64,000 nucleotides of DNA from assembly GCA_950072105.1 (NCBI GenBank), contig CATMOE010000006.1, positions 1-64,000 of the forward strand, given 5' to 3'. Made by a program: the position numbers and the translations under genes. Below the pieces are notes generated by a model. It made no database searches. It saw only the letters and a list, made by a program, of their open reading frames with translations, and was not told the DNA's origin. This stretch comes from an uncultured Dehalococcoidia bacterium (GTDB taxonomy: Bacteria > Chloroflexota > Dehalococcoidia > Lucifugimonadales > UBA3495). This document shows, piece by piece, positions 1 through 10,303 of this stretch. Numbering within the stretch: position 1 is the first letter of the stretch; every line of letters begins with the position of its first letter.

Positions 1-137
1 TCCAGGGATACGTGGAGTTCCCCGGCTTGCCCAGGGGAGGATACTCTGAAGTAGCCGACGGCGGTGGCGGTATCTATAGCGGTGGGCATGGCAGCCTCGA
101 TAAACCGGGATGCCATGATTCTAGCAGATAGAGAGCC

Positions 138-923
138 TTATCTCAATATAACTGTGCTCACCATCATGCCCTCGATAGTAAGACGGGACCGGTCCAGGGC
201 CATTGCCAGGCCGAAGTCGCCGATCTTGGCGATGCCGTCCTCTGTCAACCACACGTTGCCCGGTTTCAAGTCACGGTGGACGATGCCCCGGCTGTGGGCG
301 AATTCCATGCCCCGGCAGGTTTCTTGGGCTATCTTGATGGCCTGATCCAGGAGAAGGCGGTGGTCGTCAGCCTTATCTATTAACCCCTCGACATCCCCGC
401 CGCCCATGAGTTCGGTGACCATGTAGGGTTGGCCGTTTTCCTCGCCCAGGTCGAAGACAGTGACGATATGAGCATGGGAGCCCAACCGCCCCATGGCCTG
501 GGCCTCACGCTGGATTCGGGCGCGGGAGGTTTCGTCCAACCCCTCCGACTTGATCAGCGCAAAAGCAACTTCCCGGTCCAACGTGGTGTCGTGGGCCAGG
601 TAGACTTTCTTCTTGCCCCCCTCTCCCAAGAACCTCTTGACCTGATAGCGGCCGTTTGCGAAGGAAGTGGGTTGGGGAGTTTGGCGATCCGCGACTGCGG
701 CTGAATCAGGTGGGCTCGACGGCGGATCACTTGGGGTTGCGGTTACAGCGCCTAGCCTTCTAGCAGACGACCGCAGATACGCCCCCGTTTCGGTGTTATC
801 CGGGTCGATCTCCAGAACGTCTTGAGCTAGATCACGTACCGACTCCCAGTTGCCTTGGGTCTCAGCTTCATCGAGTTGATCTAAGAGACGCTCAATGCGC
901 CGTTGTACACGCTCACTTGCCAT
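138..923 (-). pseudogene. C-terminally truncated Ser/Thr protein kinase with N-terminal TPR-like module
   Basis: LGEGGKKKV, HRDLKPGN and KIGDFG motifs. Stops at EGMMVSTVILR*, inside the activation segment, so subdomains VIII-XI are missing. Confidence 0.8.
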
Positions 924-1058
924 GATGGAGGAATAATAACGTTAGGCCGGGGGATTTGTCCATGGTTAGCGCCAGGACGGGCATTGATGCCGGTATCTAT
1001 CCCAATATATAGTGTTGAACTGCACCAAGGCTAAAAATCCCGTGCCCGGAGGATACCC

Positions 1059-2066
1059 ATGAATGCCAACAAACTCCTAGTAAAGATAATCGCCACCGGA
1101 GGCAGCATCGCCGGTGTTGGGCCGGACCGTTTGGACTATATCCTCTACCCAGAGTTGGGAGACCACATCACCATCGATCAGTCGTTGGCCCGGATCCCGG
1201 AGGTGTCGGACATCGCCAGGATCGATGCGGAGGACCTGATCAGCGTGGGCAGTACGGCCATCGGGGGTCCCGAATGGCTAAGCTTGGCTAACCGGATCAA
1301 CCGGACATTTAGGGAAGAGCCCGAGGTGGCCGGTTTGGTGGTGACCCACGGAACCGCGACCTTGGAAGAGACCGCTTATTTCCTTCATCTGACGGTAAAA
1401 ACAGACAAGCCCGTGGTGATTACAGGCGCCATGCGGCCACCGACCTCCCTGGGAACCGACGCGGACCTCAACTTGTTGGAGGCGGTGCGTGTCGCCGCCT
1501 GCCCGGAAGCAGCCGGTATGGGTGTGCTCACGGTGTTGAACAGTGAGATTCACTGCGGCCGCGACGTGACCAAAGCGAACACCTTCAGGGTTGAGACCTT
1601 CCGGCCCAACGAGTTGGGGTTCCTAGGCTACGCTGACTCTGACGGTAAAGTCGTCTTTTACCGCGCGCCGATCAGGAAGCACACGACAGCCACTCCCTTC
1701 AACGTTTCAGAGTCGTCCGTCCTGCCCAGAGTGGACATCGTCTATTCCTACGGTGGCGCCGACGGCCTGTTGGTGAACGCGGTCCGGGCAAACGCCTCCG
1801 GCGGGATGGTCCTGGCAGGATTCGGTGGCGGCACTTACCCACCGGCAGTCGTTGAAGCGGCGGCGGCGGCCGTTGGCGAGGGCATGCCCGTGGTGCTGGC
1901 ATCGCGGGCTACCGCAGGCCGGGTAGTCATGACACCCAAGAAGGAGCAGCAGGGATTCATCGTCTGCGACAACCTGCTGCCCCAGAAGGCCAGAGTGCTG
2001 TTGATGCTGGCTTTGACCGTCACCAGCAACCGTGAGGAGATACAGCAGATGTTCTACGAGTACTGA
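1059..2066 (+). CDS. L-asparaginase family protein
   Basis: IATGGSIAG, VVTHGTATLEETAYFL, TGAMRP and LLPQKARVLLMLAL motifs; GGAGGA RBS. Confidence 0.9.
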   Translation: MNANKLLVKIIATGGSIAGVGPDRLDYILYPELGDHITIDQSLARIPEVSDIARIDAEDLISVGSTAIGGPEWLSLANRINRTFREEPEVAGLVVTHGTATLEETAYFLHLTVKTDKPVVITGAMRPPTSLGTDADLNLLEAVRVAACPEAAGMGVLTVLNSEIHCGRDVTKANTFRVETFRPNELGFLGYADSDGKVVFYRAPIRKHTTATPFNVSESSVLPRVDIVYSYGGADGLLVNAVRANASGGMVLAGFGGGTYPPAVVEAAAAAVGEGMPVVLASRATAGRVVMTPKKEQQGFIVCDNLLPQKARVLLMLALTVTSNREEIQQMFYEY

Positions 2067-2074
2067 TTCCGGAG

Positions 2075-3280
2075 CTAAACGACTTGGGCGGCGCGGAGCA
2101 AGCCTAACTCTTCGGAAGTTAGCCCCAACTCTCCACCGAATATCTCCGAGTTATGTTGACCCAAGGACGGAGCCGGTCGACCGCCTTCCATAGGGTTCTC
2201 ACCGTCGATGAAGAAACCGGGACCCGGATATTTCAGGCTGCCGGCGTCGGGATGGTCGAGCTCGACGAAAAAGCCCCGCTCCTCCAGATGGGGAGAGTCC
2301 ACCACCTGCTGGGGGCTCTGGACCAAACCGAGGACGAGCCCCCGGGCCATTGATTCCCGCATCAGGTCCAGATTGTTCCACTTAGCCAGGGGGGTAGCGA
2401 CCAAACTGTGTAGTTCTTCCCAGTTGTCCATGCGGCTCTGACGGGTAGCGAATTTGGGGTCCAGCAGCCTGGGTTCTTCCAGGAATTCGGCCCAGGCTTC
2501 CATGGGACGCCCGCCGGTTCCGGCAGTGGTCAATGTCACTTCGCCGTCGGCGGTGGGTATATGCATCCCGTCCATCACGTTGCCGTCGCTGCCCCCTCGT
2601 TTTGGACTTTGGCCGGTGAACGTGTAGGGATGGATCAGACCCGACGGCGTACTGATAGCGGCTTCCATCGTGGACAGGTCGATGTGCTGTCCTTCACCTG
2701 ACTGCTGACGTTGGAACAGGGCGGCCATGATGGCAATGACCCCGTTGCGGGCGGCGGTAATCTCCATCTGCTCCAGAGCCGTGCCCATGGGAGGCATGTC
2801 GGCGGAACCGGTCACCGCGTGGAGGAAGCCGCCCAAGGCCTGAGCAACCAAATCTCCCCCTTGGTAGTCGCGGTAAGGTCCAGTCTGGCCGAAGTAAGTG
2901 CAAGATGTAACGATCAGACCGGGGTTCTTCTCTTTTAGGACCGGGTAGCCAAATCCCAGGCTGTCTAGATGACCTGGGGAATAGCTCTCGATCAGCACGT
3001 CGGCATCCGCCACCAGCCGCAGCAGCAACTCAAGGCCGGCGGCTTGTTCGATGTCTAAAGTTACGCCGCGCTTATTGGTATTGAAGGCCAAGAACAGCGT
3101 GGAGCCTTCGGGATGGGGCACTCCATCGATAAAGGGCGGCTCGCGGCGTGCCGGGTCGCCCCAAGCGGGAGGTTCCACTTTGATGGTGCTTGCTCCCTGG
3201 TCGGCCAGCAACTTGGCGCAGAAAGCGCCGGCCAGACCATGGGCCAGTTCCACCACTTTTATGTCAGATAAGATGTCCAA
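2075..3280 (-). CDS. Family III CoA-transferase (CaiB/BaiF)
   Basis: LLADQGA-IKVEPP-GDPAR, NTNKRG and APSLGQHN motifs; TTG start chosen after GGAGG. Confidence 0.9.
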   Translation of the reverse strand: MDILSDIKVVELAHGLAGAFCAKLLADQGASTIKVEPPAWGDPARREPPFIDGVPHPEGSTLFLAFNTNKRGVTLDIEQAAGLELLLRLVADADVLIESYSPGHLDSLGFGYPVLKEKNPGLIVTSCTYFGQTGPYRDYQGGDLVAQALGGFLHAVTGSADMPPMGTALEQMEITAARNGVIAIMAALFQRQQSGEGQHIDLSTMEAAISTPSGLIHPYTFTGQSPKRGGSDGNVMDGMHIPTADGEVTLTTAGTGGRPMEAWAEFLEEPRLLDPKFATRQSRMDNWEELHSLVATPLAKWNNLDLMRESMARGLVLGLVQSPQQVVDSPHLEERGFFVELDHPDAGSLKYPGPGFFIDGENPMEGGRPAPSLGQHNSEIFGGELGLTSEELGLLRAAQVV

Positions 3281-3726
3281 CTTGATCGATGCCCTCCATT
3301 GGTTTTGATCAGCCTGGCTGCCACCCTGCCACTCGTGGTGAGCCAGTCGGTTCATCCTTCGGGGAAGGACTGACAGGCTCCGGGCTGACAACGGCGGGTG
3401 TGCGCCCAATATTACACTCGACCGGATTATTTTGCACGTGACTCCCGCTTCGAGCGCTTGCCTTGGGACCTGGGATAAGTGAGCAGACACCATCGCGTTG
3501 GCTCTGAGCGAGTCCTAGCGCCCACTACTGGGTACGGACCAGGCGTCAATCATCGTGCTTTCGACCGAATCAAGTTACTGGACCCACCCTCGCAAACAAA
3601 ATATACTGGCGGCGCCGCAGGTGCACGAATTTGTTGGAGTAGTAAGCATCGTATTTGCTGCTTTCCACTCGTCTAAACGGATACGATATGACCAACTTAG
3701 AGACTAACGTTGAGTAAATACTCCCG

Positions 3727-5970
3727 ATGACGATGCCCAGCACGCGCAACCGGGTAGGTGATGTTACAACGGCCTCGCGGCATTTTCCGAGCCTCGAGAA
3801 TTGCATAGTCATCGGTGTGCTCCTTTTCGCCGTTACATTCAACCTGGTCCATCTTTATCCAGACGTGGCGATTAAGATCCCGGACCGTAACGACATCGGG
3901 ATGCATCTGTTGTACACGGACATGGCGGTGAAGGCCATCACCCATGGACAGGACTTCACCGATCCGTGGCAACGCACCATGGGCATGGGTTTCCCCTTGT
4001 TCCACTACTACCAACATCTGCCGCATGTAACTCTAGCGCTGGTCCATGTTCTCACTCTCGGAGTGTTTCCCCTGGCCGATATGTTGAACTGGACGACGTA
4101 CTTGCCCCTTAGCTTTTTCCCGTTGTCCATCTTTTGGTCATTACGACGTTTCGGTTTCGATCGGCTGTTGGCGGCGATGGGCGGCCTTGTGGCGTCGCTA
4201 ACGGCAACCAACTCTCTTTGGGGGCTCGGTTTCGAAGGTTACGTCTTCAGGGGGTGGGGGCTTTACAGCCAGCTTTGGGCAATGGTTCTTCTGCCTCCAG
4301 CGTTGGCCCAGGGGTATCGAGTTCTACAGGAGGGGCGAGGCTACTTCTGGGCGACGCTGTTGCTCGCGGCGACGTTGATGTCACACCTTCTTTACGGGTA
4401 TATGGCCTTCCTCACCCTTGGCATCCTCACATTCATTCAACCGATGGATATGTCTGATCCCAGGTCTTTTCTTGCGGCTGTATGGAGGCGGTGGAGGCGG
4501 ATGATAATCCTCTTTCTGCTGGTCGTGGTGGTGACCTCTTATTTTCTGATTCCACTTTTCTTGGACCGGACGTATCTGAACAATAATAATTTACCGCGGA
4601 TAACGTACGACTCTTTTGGCCATTCAGCAGTGCTTATAGGTCTGGCGAAAGGTCATTTATTTGATTTTGGCCGGTTCCCTTCTTTGACCATCTTGATGGC
4701 TGTTGGGTTCGTCTTTTGTCTACTTCGGTGGAGACAAGAACGATACCTGATTCCGGTAACGATATTCTTACTATGGCTGTTGCTCTTTTTCGGCAGGTCC
4801 ACTTGGGGTGTATTGATAGACGTGTTACCTATGAGCCGCCAACTCCACATGATCCGGTTTATGGCTATGGTCCATCTTGGCGGCATCTTCCTCATGGCCG
4901 TTGCATTGGCTGCACCTTGGCGTTGGGCCGTTTCCCGATCAAACGTCTGGTATTTCGCGGGGGTCCTAGCGCTCACCTCGCTGCTCCTGCTGCCCGTATA
5001 CAACGAACGGAGATCCTATCTGGTAGAGAATGCCTTTTATCTGACAGAAAGCCGGCAGGCTCTGGCCAACGAAGAACTGGAATTGAGTGCCCTATTCGGA
5101 AAACTAAAGCAACTACCATCCGGCCGTATTTATGCCGGATTACCCGAAAATTGGGGCAGTCAATACGTCGTCGGCAGGATACCGATGTATTTTCTGCTAC
5201 AGCAAGAGGGCCTAGATATGACGGGATGGCTTTACCATCGATTTTCATTATCCAGTAGTTTCGAGAGGGTCTTCGACGAGACCCGCCCTGAGCAATATAA
5301 TCTGTTCAACGTGCGGTACGTTGTGGCGCCGGAAGCCCAAGTATTCCCGCGATTTGTAAAACCACTCGGGCAGTTCGGTCGCCACCGGTTGTACCAAGTG
5401 CAGACGACCGGCTACTTCGATCTGGTAGACTCAGACCTGACCTTTACCGGAGGAAAAACGGACTACTGGCCGGCGGCATCAAACTGGATGGCCAGCGGAC
5501 TGCTGGGCGTCAAGCAGCACCCAACGGTTCTGTTTGGCAGTTCTTCCAGAGGGATAAAGAGCTCGATACCACTCTCTGAGGCTTCTGAGGTCATTTCTAA
5601 AATCCAAGTTTCTGCCGGTCCATCTCGGGGCATAGTGCTCTCCGAGGAAGTTGGCAACAATTTCTTTGCGGCTGACGTTAACGTGAAACGCGATAGCATG
5701 CTGATGCTTAAAGCCACTTATCACCCAAACTGGCGGGCCACCGTAGATGGGGAAGAGACGGACCCGGTCATGTTGATGCCCAGTGTGGTGGGGATCCAGC
5801 TGCCTCAAGGCGAACACAAAGTACGGTTGGAATATCGACCTCGTAGTCTGCGGGTGGTGCTGTTGGGCTTGGGTCTGTTGACGTTGCCGTTGATCGCGAT
5901 AAGCGAGAAATGGGGCACCGGTTTCTGGCGTAGGTTCGGCTCCGGTGGCGGGCCGACGATATTGAATTAA
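3727..5970 (+). CDS. Polytopic membrane protein, GT-C/YfhO-like putative glycosyltransferase
   Basis: Many TM segments, GFPLFHYY motif, C-terminal YHPNWRATVDG...GEHKVRLEY (YfhO-like) region; adjacent to a GT2 gene. Confidence 0.7.
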   Translation: MTMPSTRNRVGDVTTASRHFPSLENCIVIGVLLFAVTFNLVHLYPDVAIKIPDRNDIGMHLLYTDMAVKAITHGQDFTDPWQRTMGMGFPLFHYYQHLPHVTLALVHVLTLGVFPLADMLNWTTYLPLSFFPLSIFWSLRRFGFDRLLAAMGGLVASLTATNSLWGLGFEGYVFRGWGLYSQLWAMVLLPPALAQGYRVLQEGRGYFWATLLLAATLMSHLLYGYMAFLTLGILTFIQPMDMSDPRSFLAAVWRRWRRMIILFLLVVVVTSYFLIPLFLDRTYLNNNNLPRITYDSFGHSAVLIGLAKGHLFDFGRFPSLTILMAVGFVFCLLRWRQERYLIPVTIFLLWLLLFFGRSTWGVLIDVLPMSRQLHMIRFMAMVHLGGIFLMAVALAAPWRWAVSRSNVWYFAGVLALTSLLLLPVYNERRSYLVENAFYLTESRQALANEELELSALFGKLKQLPSGRIYAGLPENWGSQYVVGRIPMYFLLQQEGLDMTGWLYHRFSLSSSFERVFDETRPEQYNLFNVRYVVAPEAQVFPRFVKPLGQFGRHRLYQVQTTGYFDLVDSDLTFTGGKTDYWPAASNWMASGLLGVKQHPTVLFGSSSRGIKSSIPLSEASEVISKIQVSAGPSRGIVLSEEVGNNFFAADVNVKRDSMLMLKATYHPNWRATVDGEETDPVMLMPSVVGIQLPQGEHKVRLEYRPRSLRVVLLGLGLLTLPLIAISEKWGTGFWRRFGSGGGPTILN

Positions 5971-5971
5971 G

Positions 5972-6751
5972 GTGATTTCCGTGCCGGAATTGGCCGTGAT
6001 CCTAGCGACCTACAACGAAGCTGATAATCTCGGGCAGCTCGTAGAGGCTTTAGAAAGCCTAGAGATAGACCTGCAACTGGTGGTGGTCGACGATAATAGC
6101 CCAGATGGGACAGGTCTTATCGCTCAACAACTTTCCACGAGATTCGGCAACATTACCGTAGTAAACCGGCCGGGCAAACTGGGCTTGGGTTCAGCGTTAC
6201 AATCTGGCATAGCCGCCGCGTTGAACGCCGGAGCCCAATATATTATTAGCATGGACGCCGATCATTCCCACGATCCGGCGGATGTCCCCAGGCTGCTCGC
6301 CGCGATCAAGACGGGTTCCGCCGACATGGTCCAAGGGAGCCGTTATGCGCCAGGGGGTGGCGTTGAAGGTTGGAACATCAAACGCCGGCTGCTAAGCCGG
6401 ACCGCCAATCTGGTGTACCACTGGGGCGCCGGGACGCCCCTCGAGTGCACCACCAACTTTCGGGTATTTTCCCGCCGCGCGGCATCGGCGGTCCTGTCAC
6501 GGGCTAAGGGTAACGGCTATGAGTTCATGCCCGAGTCTACGTTGCTAGTGCTGGCGTCCAGGCTCACGATTCAAGAGATCCCAATCACATTTACTAATCG
6601 CCGGCTTGGGGAAAGCAAATTAGACCAGAGGCAAGTGATAAAGGGCATACTGTTCTGTATCAGCGGCATATTCATGTACCGCCTTCGCATAGGCCGCTTC
6701 TCCAGACTCAAAGCGAAGGACGCGACGGACGATCCAGATTCAACTATTTAG
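5972..6751 (+). CDS. GT2 polyprenol-phosphate glycosyltransferase (Dpm1/Ppm1-like)
   Basis: TYNEADN, VVDDNSPDGTG, GKLGLG, MDADHSHDP, GSRY and GESK motifs. Confidence 0.9.
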   Translation: MISVPELAVILATYNEADNLGQLVEALESLEIDLQLVVVDDNSPDGTGLIAQQLSTRFGNITVVNRPGKLGLGSALQSGIAAALNAGAQYIISMDADHSHDPADVPRLLAAIKTGSADMVQGSRYAPGGGVEGWNIKRRLLSRTANLVYHWGAGTPLECTTNFRVFSRRAASAVLSRAKGNGYEFMPESTLLVLASRLTIQEIPITFTNRRLGESKLDQRQVIKGILFCISGIFMYRLRIGRFSRLKAKDATDDPDSTI

Positions 6752-6970
6752 GCGTCCGAATCCGCCGGTCCAAATCATTGAAACCCAAACCGCCGGCGCG
6801 TGTTTCCGCTGGAGTTCAGCTCTGCTCTAACCCATCGGCAGTTGGATCGTTCCCAGGCCCGAATCGCTCGCACAAACACCGTCGCTTGGTCGCTAGACGC
6901 CGCGTCAAGAGAGCACCACACGCTGTTGGATGTGGACAAGCCACCGGCTGCGACGTACTATTCCCCCATC

Positions 6971-9775
6971 ATGGCCAGCGACCGAATTCAACGCCAGATC
7001 GACCGTCTCCTAGACGAAGCTGACGAAGCTGCGGCCCGACAAGACTGGGAAATCGTCCGAGCCCGCGCACAACATGTCTTAACCTTCGACCCCGAGAACC
7101 GCGAAGGCCAAGCTTTCCTGTCCGCTGCCACGCGAGGGCTTGAAGGTCATCAGGCCGCCGTCGATCTCACGACCGTCGTGGAGCAACCTACAGCAGCTGT
7201 GGACGATGTCCAAGCTCAGGACAGTCTGGCGGGCGGCGTGTTTGTCGGCAGACTTCGGGAGATGGACGACTTACAGGCCGCATTGGAAGACGCGTTGTCG
7301 GGCCGGGGCCGCCTGGTCGCCCTGTCTGGCGAGCCAGGTATCGGCAAAACTCGGACCGCCCAAAAGTTGGGCGTACTGGCCATGCAGCGGGGAGCCCTGG
7401 TGCTGTGGGGCCGTTGCTATGAAGATGAGGGCGTACCGCCCTACTGGCCTTGGGTGCAAGCCATCCGTTCCTACATACGTGAGAAGGACCCGGAGGAGCT
7501 TCGCTCGGAGATGGGCGCCGGCGCCCAGCATATTGCCGAGATCATATCTGAAGTACTCGAGCGGTTGCCCGGGCTGGGAACGCCACCCCAAGTGGAACCG
7601 GAACAAGCCCGTTTCCGCCTCTTCGACGCAATCACAACCTTCCTGAAGAACGCGGTCGAAAATCAACCCATCATGCTGGTCTTGGACGACCTGCAATGGG
7701 CCGACCGCTCGTCTTTACTATTTCTAGAGTATTTAGTCCGGGAAATTAGGACCAGCCGCCTGTTGCTACTGGTGACTTACCGGACCGTGGACCTTTCACC
7801 GGAGCATCCCCTGGCCCGAACCATAGATGTTTTGAATCGTGAGGGGCAACTCCAGCGGGTGAGTCTAAGCGGCCACACCCAAAGTGACGTGGCCCGCCTC
7901 ATCGAGGTGACCGCCGGTGTATCGCCTCCGGAAGATTTCGTGGAGGCCGTCCACACTCAGACCGAGGGTAATCCGCTCTTCATCACAGAAGTGGTTCGGC
8001 TTCTGATGCAGGAAGGAGACCTAACGGCTTACTCAGGAGCCACATGGACCGTCCGTATTCCCGAGGGTGTCAGAGAGGTGATTGGCCGCCGGCTCAATGG
8101 TTTGTCCCAGGAAGCCAATGAAATACTGACCATCGCCTCAGTCAGCGGCCGGGAATTCGATCCGACGGTGATCGCGCCGTTGATCGAGGACACGAATGAA
8201 GACCAGCTTCGGGAGGTGCTACAAGAGGCGATGGCGGCATTGCTCATCGAGGAGTTGCCCCGGGGCCGGTACCAGTTTTCCCATGCTCTTGTCCGAGAGA
8301 AATTTGCGGAAGAGATGTCCCAGACCAGGAAAGCGGGACTCCACGCCACCATTGGGGAGACCCTGGAAGAGATTTACGGCGATGATGTCGAACCACATGC
8401 CGCCGAATTGGCTCATCACTTTAGGGAGGCACAAACGGCTGTAGGCATAGAGAAGTTAGTGCATTATTCGTTGTTGGCCGGGGAGCAGGCGATAGCCTCT
8501 TATGCCTATGAAGACGCGCTTGCCCATTTTGAAAGGGGCTTGGCGGGCAAGGGGGTGGAGTTGACCGGAACGGAGCCCGCTCCGGACGCTGAGAGCGCAG
8601 CGTTATTGTCCGGTCTTGGCCGGGCAGAATTGGGCACTCGGGAGAGGCAGACCTTGTTCCAGGCCCTTCCTATTCTCACCCGGGCATTTGACTACTACGT
8701 AGCCGCCGGGGATTCGGAACAAGCGGTGGCTATCGCGGTACAGAGCCAAGACGGATTTGGCTTTATTGACAAGGCCCTGGAGTTGGCCACGCCGGGTTCC
8801 CACGATGCTGGGCGGCTCATGTCCCGCTCCGTGCGGGGGTTAAGAGCGAACTATGAGAAGGCCCAGGAGGCAATAAATGGTGCCCTGGTCATCGCGCAGG
8901 AACACCACGACTCAATTTTAGAAATGGAAACGCTGATGGTAGGGGTCTGTGTGGACTTCACTTATTGCCGCTTCGAAGAGAGTCTGGACCGGAATCGGCG
9001 AGCGGTCTCTCTGGCCGAGCAGGTTGAGCGGCCAAGCGTTGAGTCGCACGCTCGGTATGACCTGGTGCATGTCCTATATGCAATGGGGGATTCGGAGGAG
9101 GCTGCTCAACACGCCTCAGCTTTGATGGAATCAGCGGAACGGTCGGGTTCCCGCCAATGGCAGACGTTCGCCATGGAAGCTAACGAGAATCTGAGTAGCG
9201 CCAGGGGCGACTGGCAAACTGCTCGAGACTTCGCGGAACAAGGCCTGGCGATGTCGCCACGGGAGGCGGACTTACTGGGATGCCGTGCCATTCTGGAATA
9301 CCAGACAGGTAATTTCGAACCCGGCCGTGCTTATCTGGAACAGCTCCTTGAGAATGTGTGGCCGAGCCCGTCAAGCCTGGCGGCCTTTACAACTAATACC
9401 GTCCCGGCAGTGGTCATACCTTTAGCAGCCTATATCTCCGGGGAGATAACGCGATTTGACGAGGCCGAGTCCATCGCTTTGTCTATTCTCGACTCGCCAT
9501 CGGGTTTCCCGTCCGCGCAACACGCAGCCCGAATCGGCTTGGCGTTGATAGCAGTCCAAAGGGGCGATGCGATGGCAGCCGGGAAGTTGTACGGCGCCAT
9601 AGAGCCTCTAATGGCCACCATGTCTCCCCAAGGCCCCTTTGGGCCTGGGCTGTCCGCCGACCGCATCCTGGGCCTCGTCTCTCAGACCATGGGCAATCTG
9701 AACCAGGCCTGCGAACACTTTGAGGACGTCCTGGACTTCTGCCGCAAAGCAGGCTACCAGCCGGAGCTGGCCTGA
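6971..9775 (+). CDS. AAA/STAND ATPase with TPR-like C-terminus; ends at a probably premature TGA (frame stays open to 9937)
   Basis: FVGR, Walker A GEPGIGKT, Walker B LVLDDLQWAD, TEGNPLF, FSHALVR. ATG at 6971 (MASDRIQRQ) chosen by similarity to the 923 kinase N-terminus. Confidence 0.85.
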   Translation: MASDRIQRQIDRLLDEADEAAARQDWEIVRARAQHVLTFDPENREGQAFLSAATRGLEGHQAAVDLTTVVEQPTAAVDDVQAQDSLAGGVFVGRLREMDDLQAALEDALSGRGRLVALSGEPGIGKTRTAQKLGVLAMQRGALVLWGRCYEDEGVPPYWPWVQAIRSYIREKDPEELRSEMGAGAQHIAEIISEVLERLPGLGTPPQVEPEQARFRLFDAITTFLKNAVENQPIMLVLDDLQWADRSSLLFLEYLVREIRTSRLLLLVTYRTVDLSPEHPLARTIDVLNREGQLQRVSLSGHTQSDVARLIEVTAGVSPPEDFVEAVHTQTEGNPLFITEVVRLLMQEGDLTAYSGATWTVRIPEGVREVIGRRLNGLSQEANEILTIASVSGREFDPTVIAPLIEDTNEDQLREVLQEAMAALLIEELPRGRYQFSHALVREKFAEEMSQTRKAGLHATIGETLEEIYGDDVEPHAAELAHHFREAQTAVGIEKLVHYSLLAGEQAIASYAYEDALAHFERGLAGKGVELTGTEPAPDAESAALLSGLGRAELGTRERQTLFQALPILTRAFDYYVAAGDSEQAVAIAVQSQDGFGFIDKALELATPGSHDAGRLMSRSVRGLRANYEKAQEAINGALVIAQEHHDSILEMETLMVGVCVDFTYCRFEESLDRNRRAVSLAEQVERPSVESHARYDLVHVLYAMGDSEEAAQHASALMESAERSGSRQWQTFAMEANENLSSARGDWQTARDFAEQGLAMSPREADLLGCRAILEYQTGNFEPGRAYLEQLLENVWPSPSSLAAFTTNTVPAVVIPLAAYISGEITRFDEAESIALSILDSPSGFPSAQHAARIGLALIAVQRGDAMAAGKLYGAIEPLMATMSPQGPFGPGLSADRILGLVSQTMGNLNQACEHFEDVLDFCRKAGYQPELA

Positions 9776-10001
9776 ACCTGCTGCGACTACGCCGACATGC
9801 TGCTAAAGCGCGATGGTGAGGGCGACCGGGCAAAAGCCATCACCCAGCTTGACGAGTCCCTCGCCATCTCCAGCGAGCTGGGCATGCGACCTTTGATGGA
9901 GCGGGTACTGTCCCGGCGGGAGATACTGAAGGCGTAGTAGCTCTATTGGATGCTGAAACTTGGTTGAAGGCCGATGTTTTTCGAGCCAAGATTTAAGGCC
10001 G

Positions 10002-10108
10002 TCATGCCTTCAGTTGACAGACGGGACCGGTCTAAGAGCCACGGCCGGTCCGAAGTCGCCGATCTGGGCGACGCCATTAGACTTCAGCCAGAGGTTACCC
10101 GGCTTAAT
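10002..10108 (-). pseudogene. Ser/Thr kinase relic (~100 bp)
   Basis: Encodes IKPGNLWLKSNGVAQIGDFG, then after a frameshift DRSRLSTEGM. Aligns to ~163-270 with an identical AGACGGGACCGGTC. Confidence 0.75.
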
Positions 10109-10303
10109 AACCGCTGACCCCGGCGGTCGATTCTTATAAAAAGGCCGGGAGCACTCCATAAGGGGAACATGGTGACCCTCCGCGGGGTCGTTGACGGTCT
10201 CTGGATGCAGCATTATAGTTCGCGTTATCCCAGAAGTCGTATGGCTAAAGAAATCTACTCGATCTGGGATAATTGGCTATCAAATGTTCTGAGGAGACTG
10301 GGA

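Noticed and set aside
1..116. Possible minus-strand gene start MASRFIEAAMPTAID running off the window
   Set aside because: Too short to support and no recognisable motif.
3340..3380. Bulged hairpin GAGCC..TCCTTC-GGG-GAAGGA..GGCTC upstream of the CoA-transferase
   Set aside because: Single GC-rich hairpin with no match to a riboswitch I recognise and no second copy seen.
6800..6970. Upstream extensions in the ORF track (also 27950, 30260, 46346, 23719, 3493, 12489)
   Set aside because: They overlap promoters or leaders; downstream starts fit the RBS and family N-termini better.
9773..9775. TGA as selenocysteine
   Set aside because: Not a redox-enzyme context, the position appears to be Trp, and no SECIS could be supported by eye.
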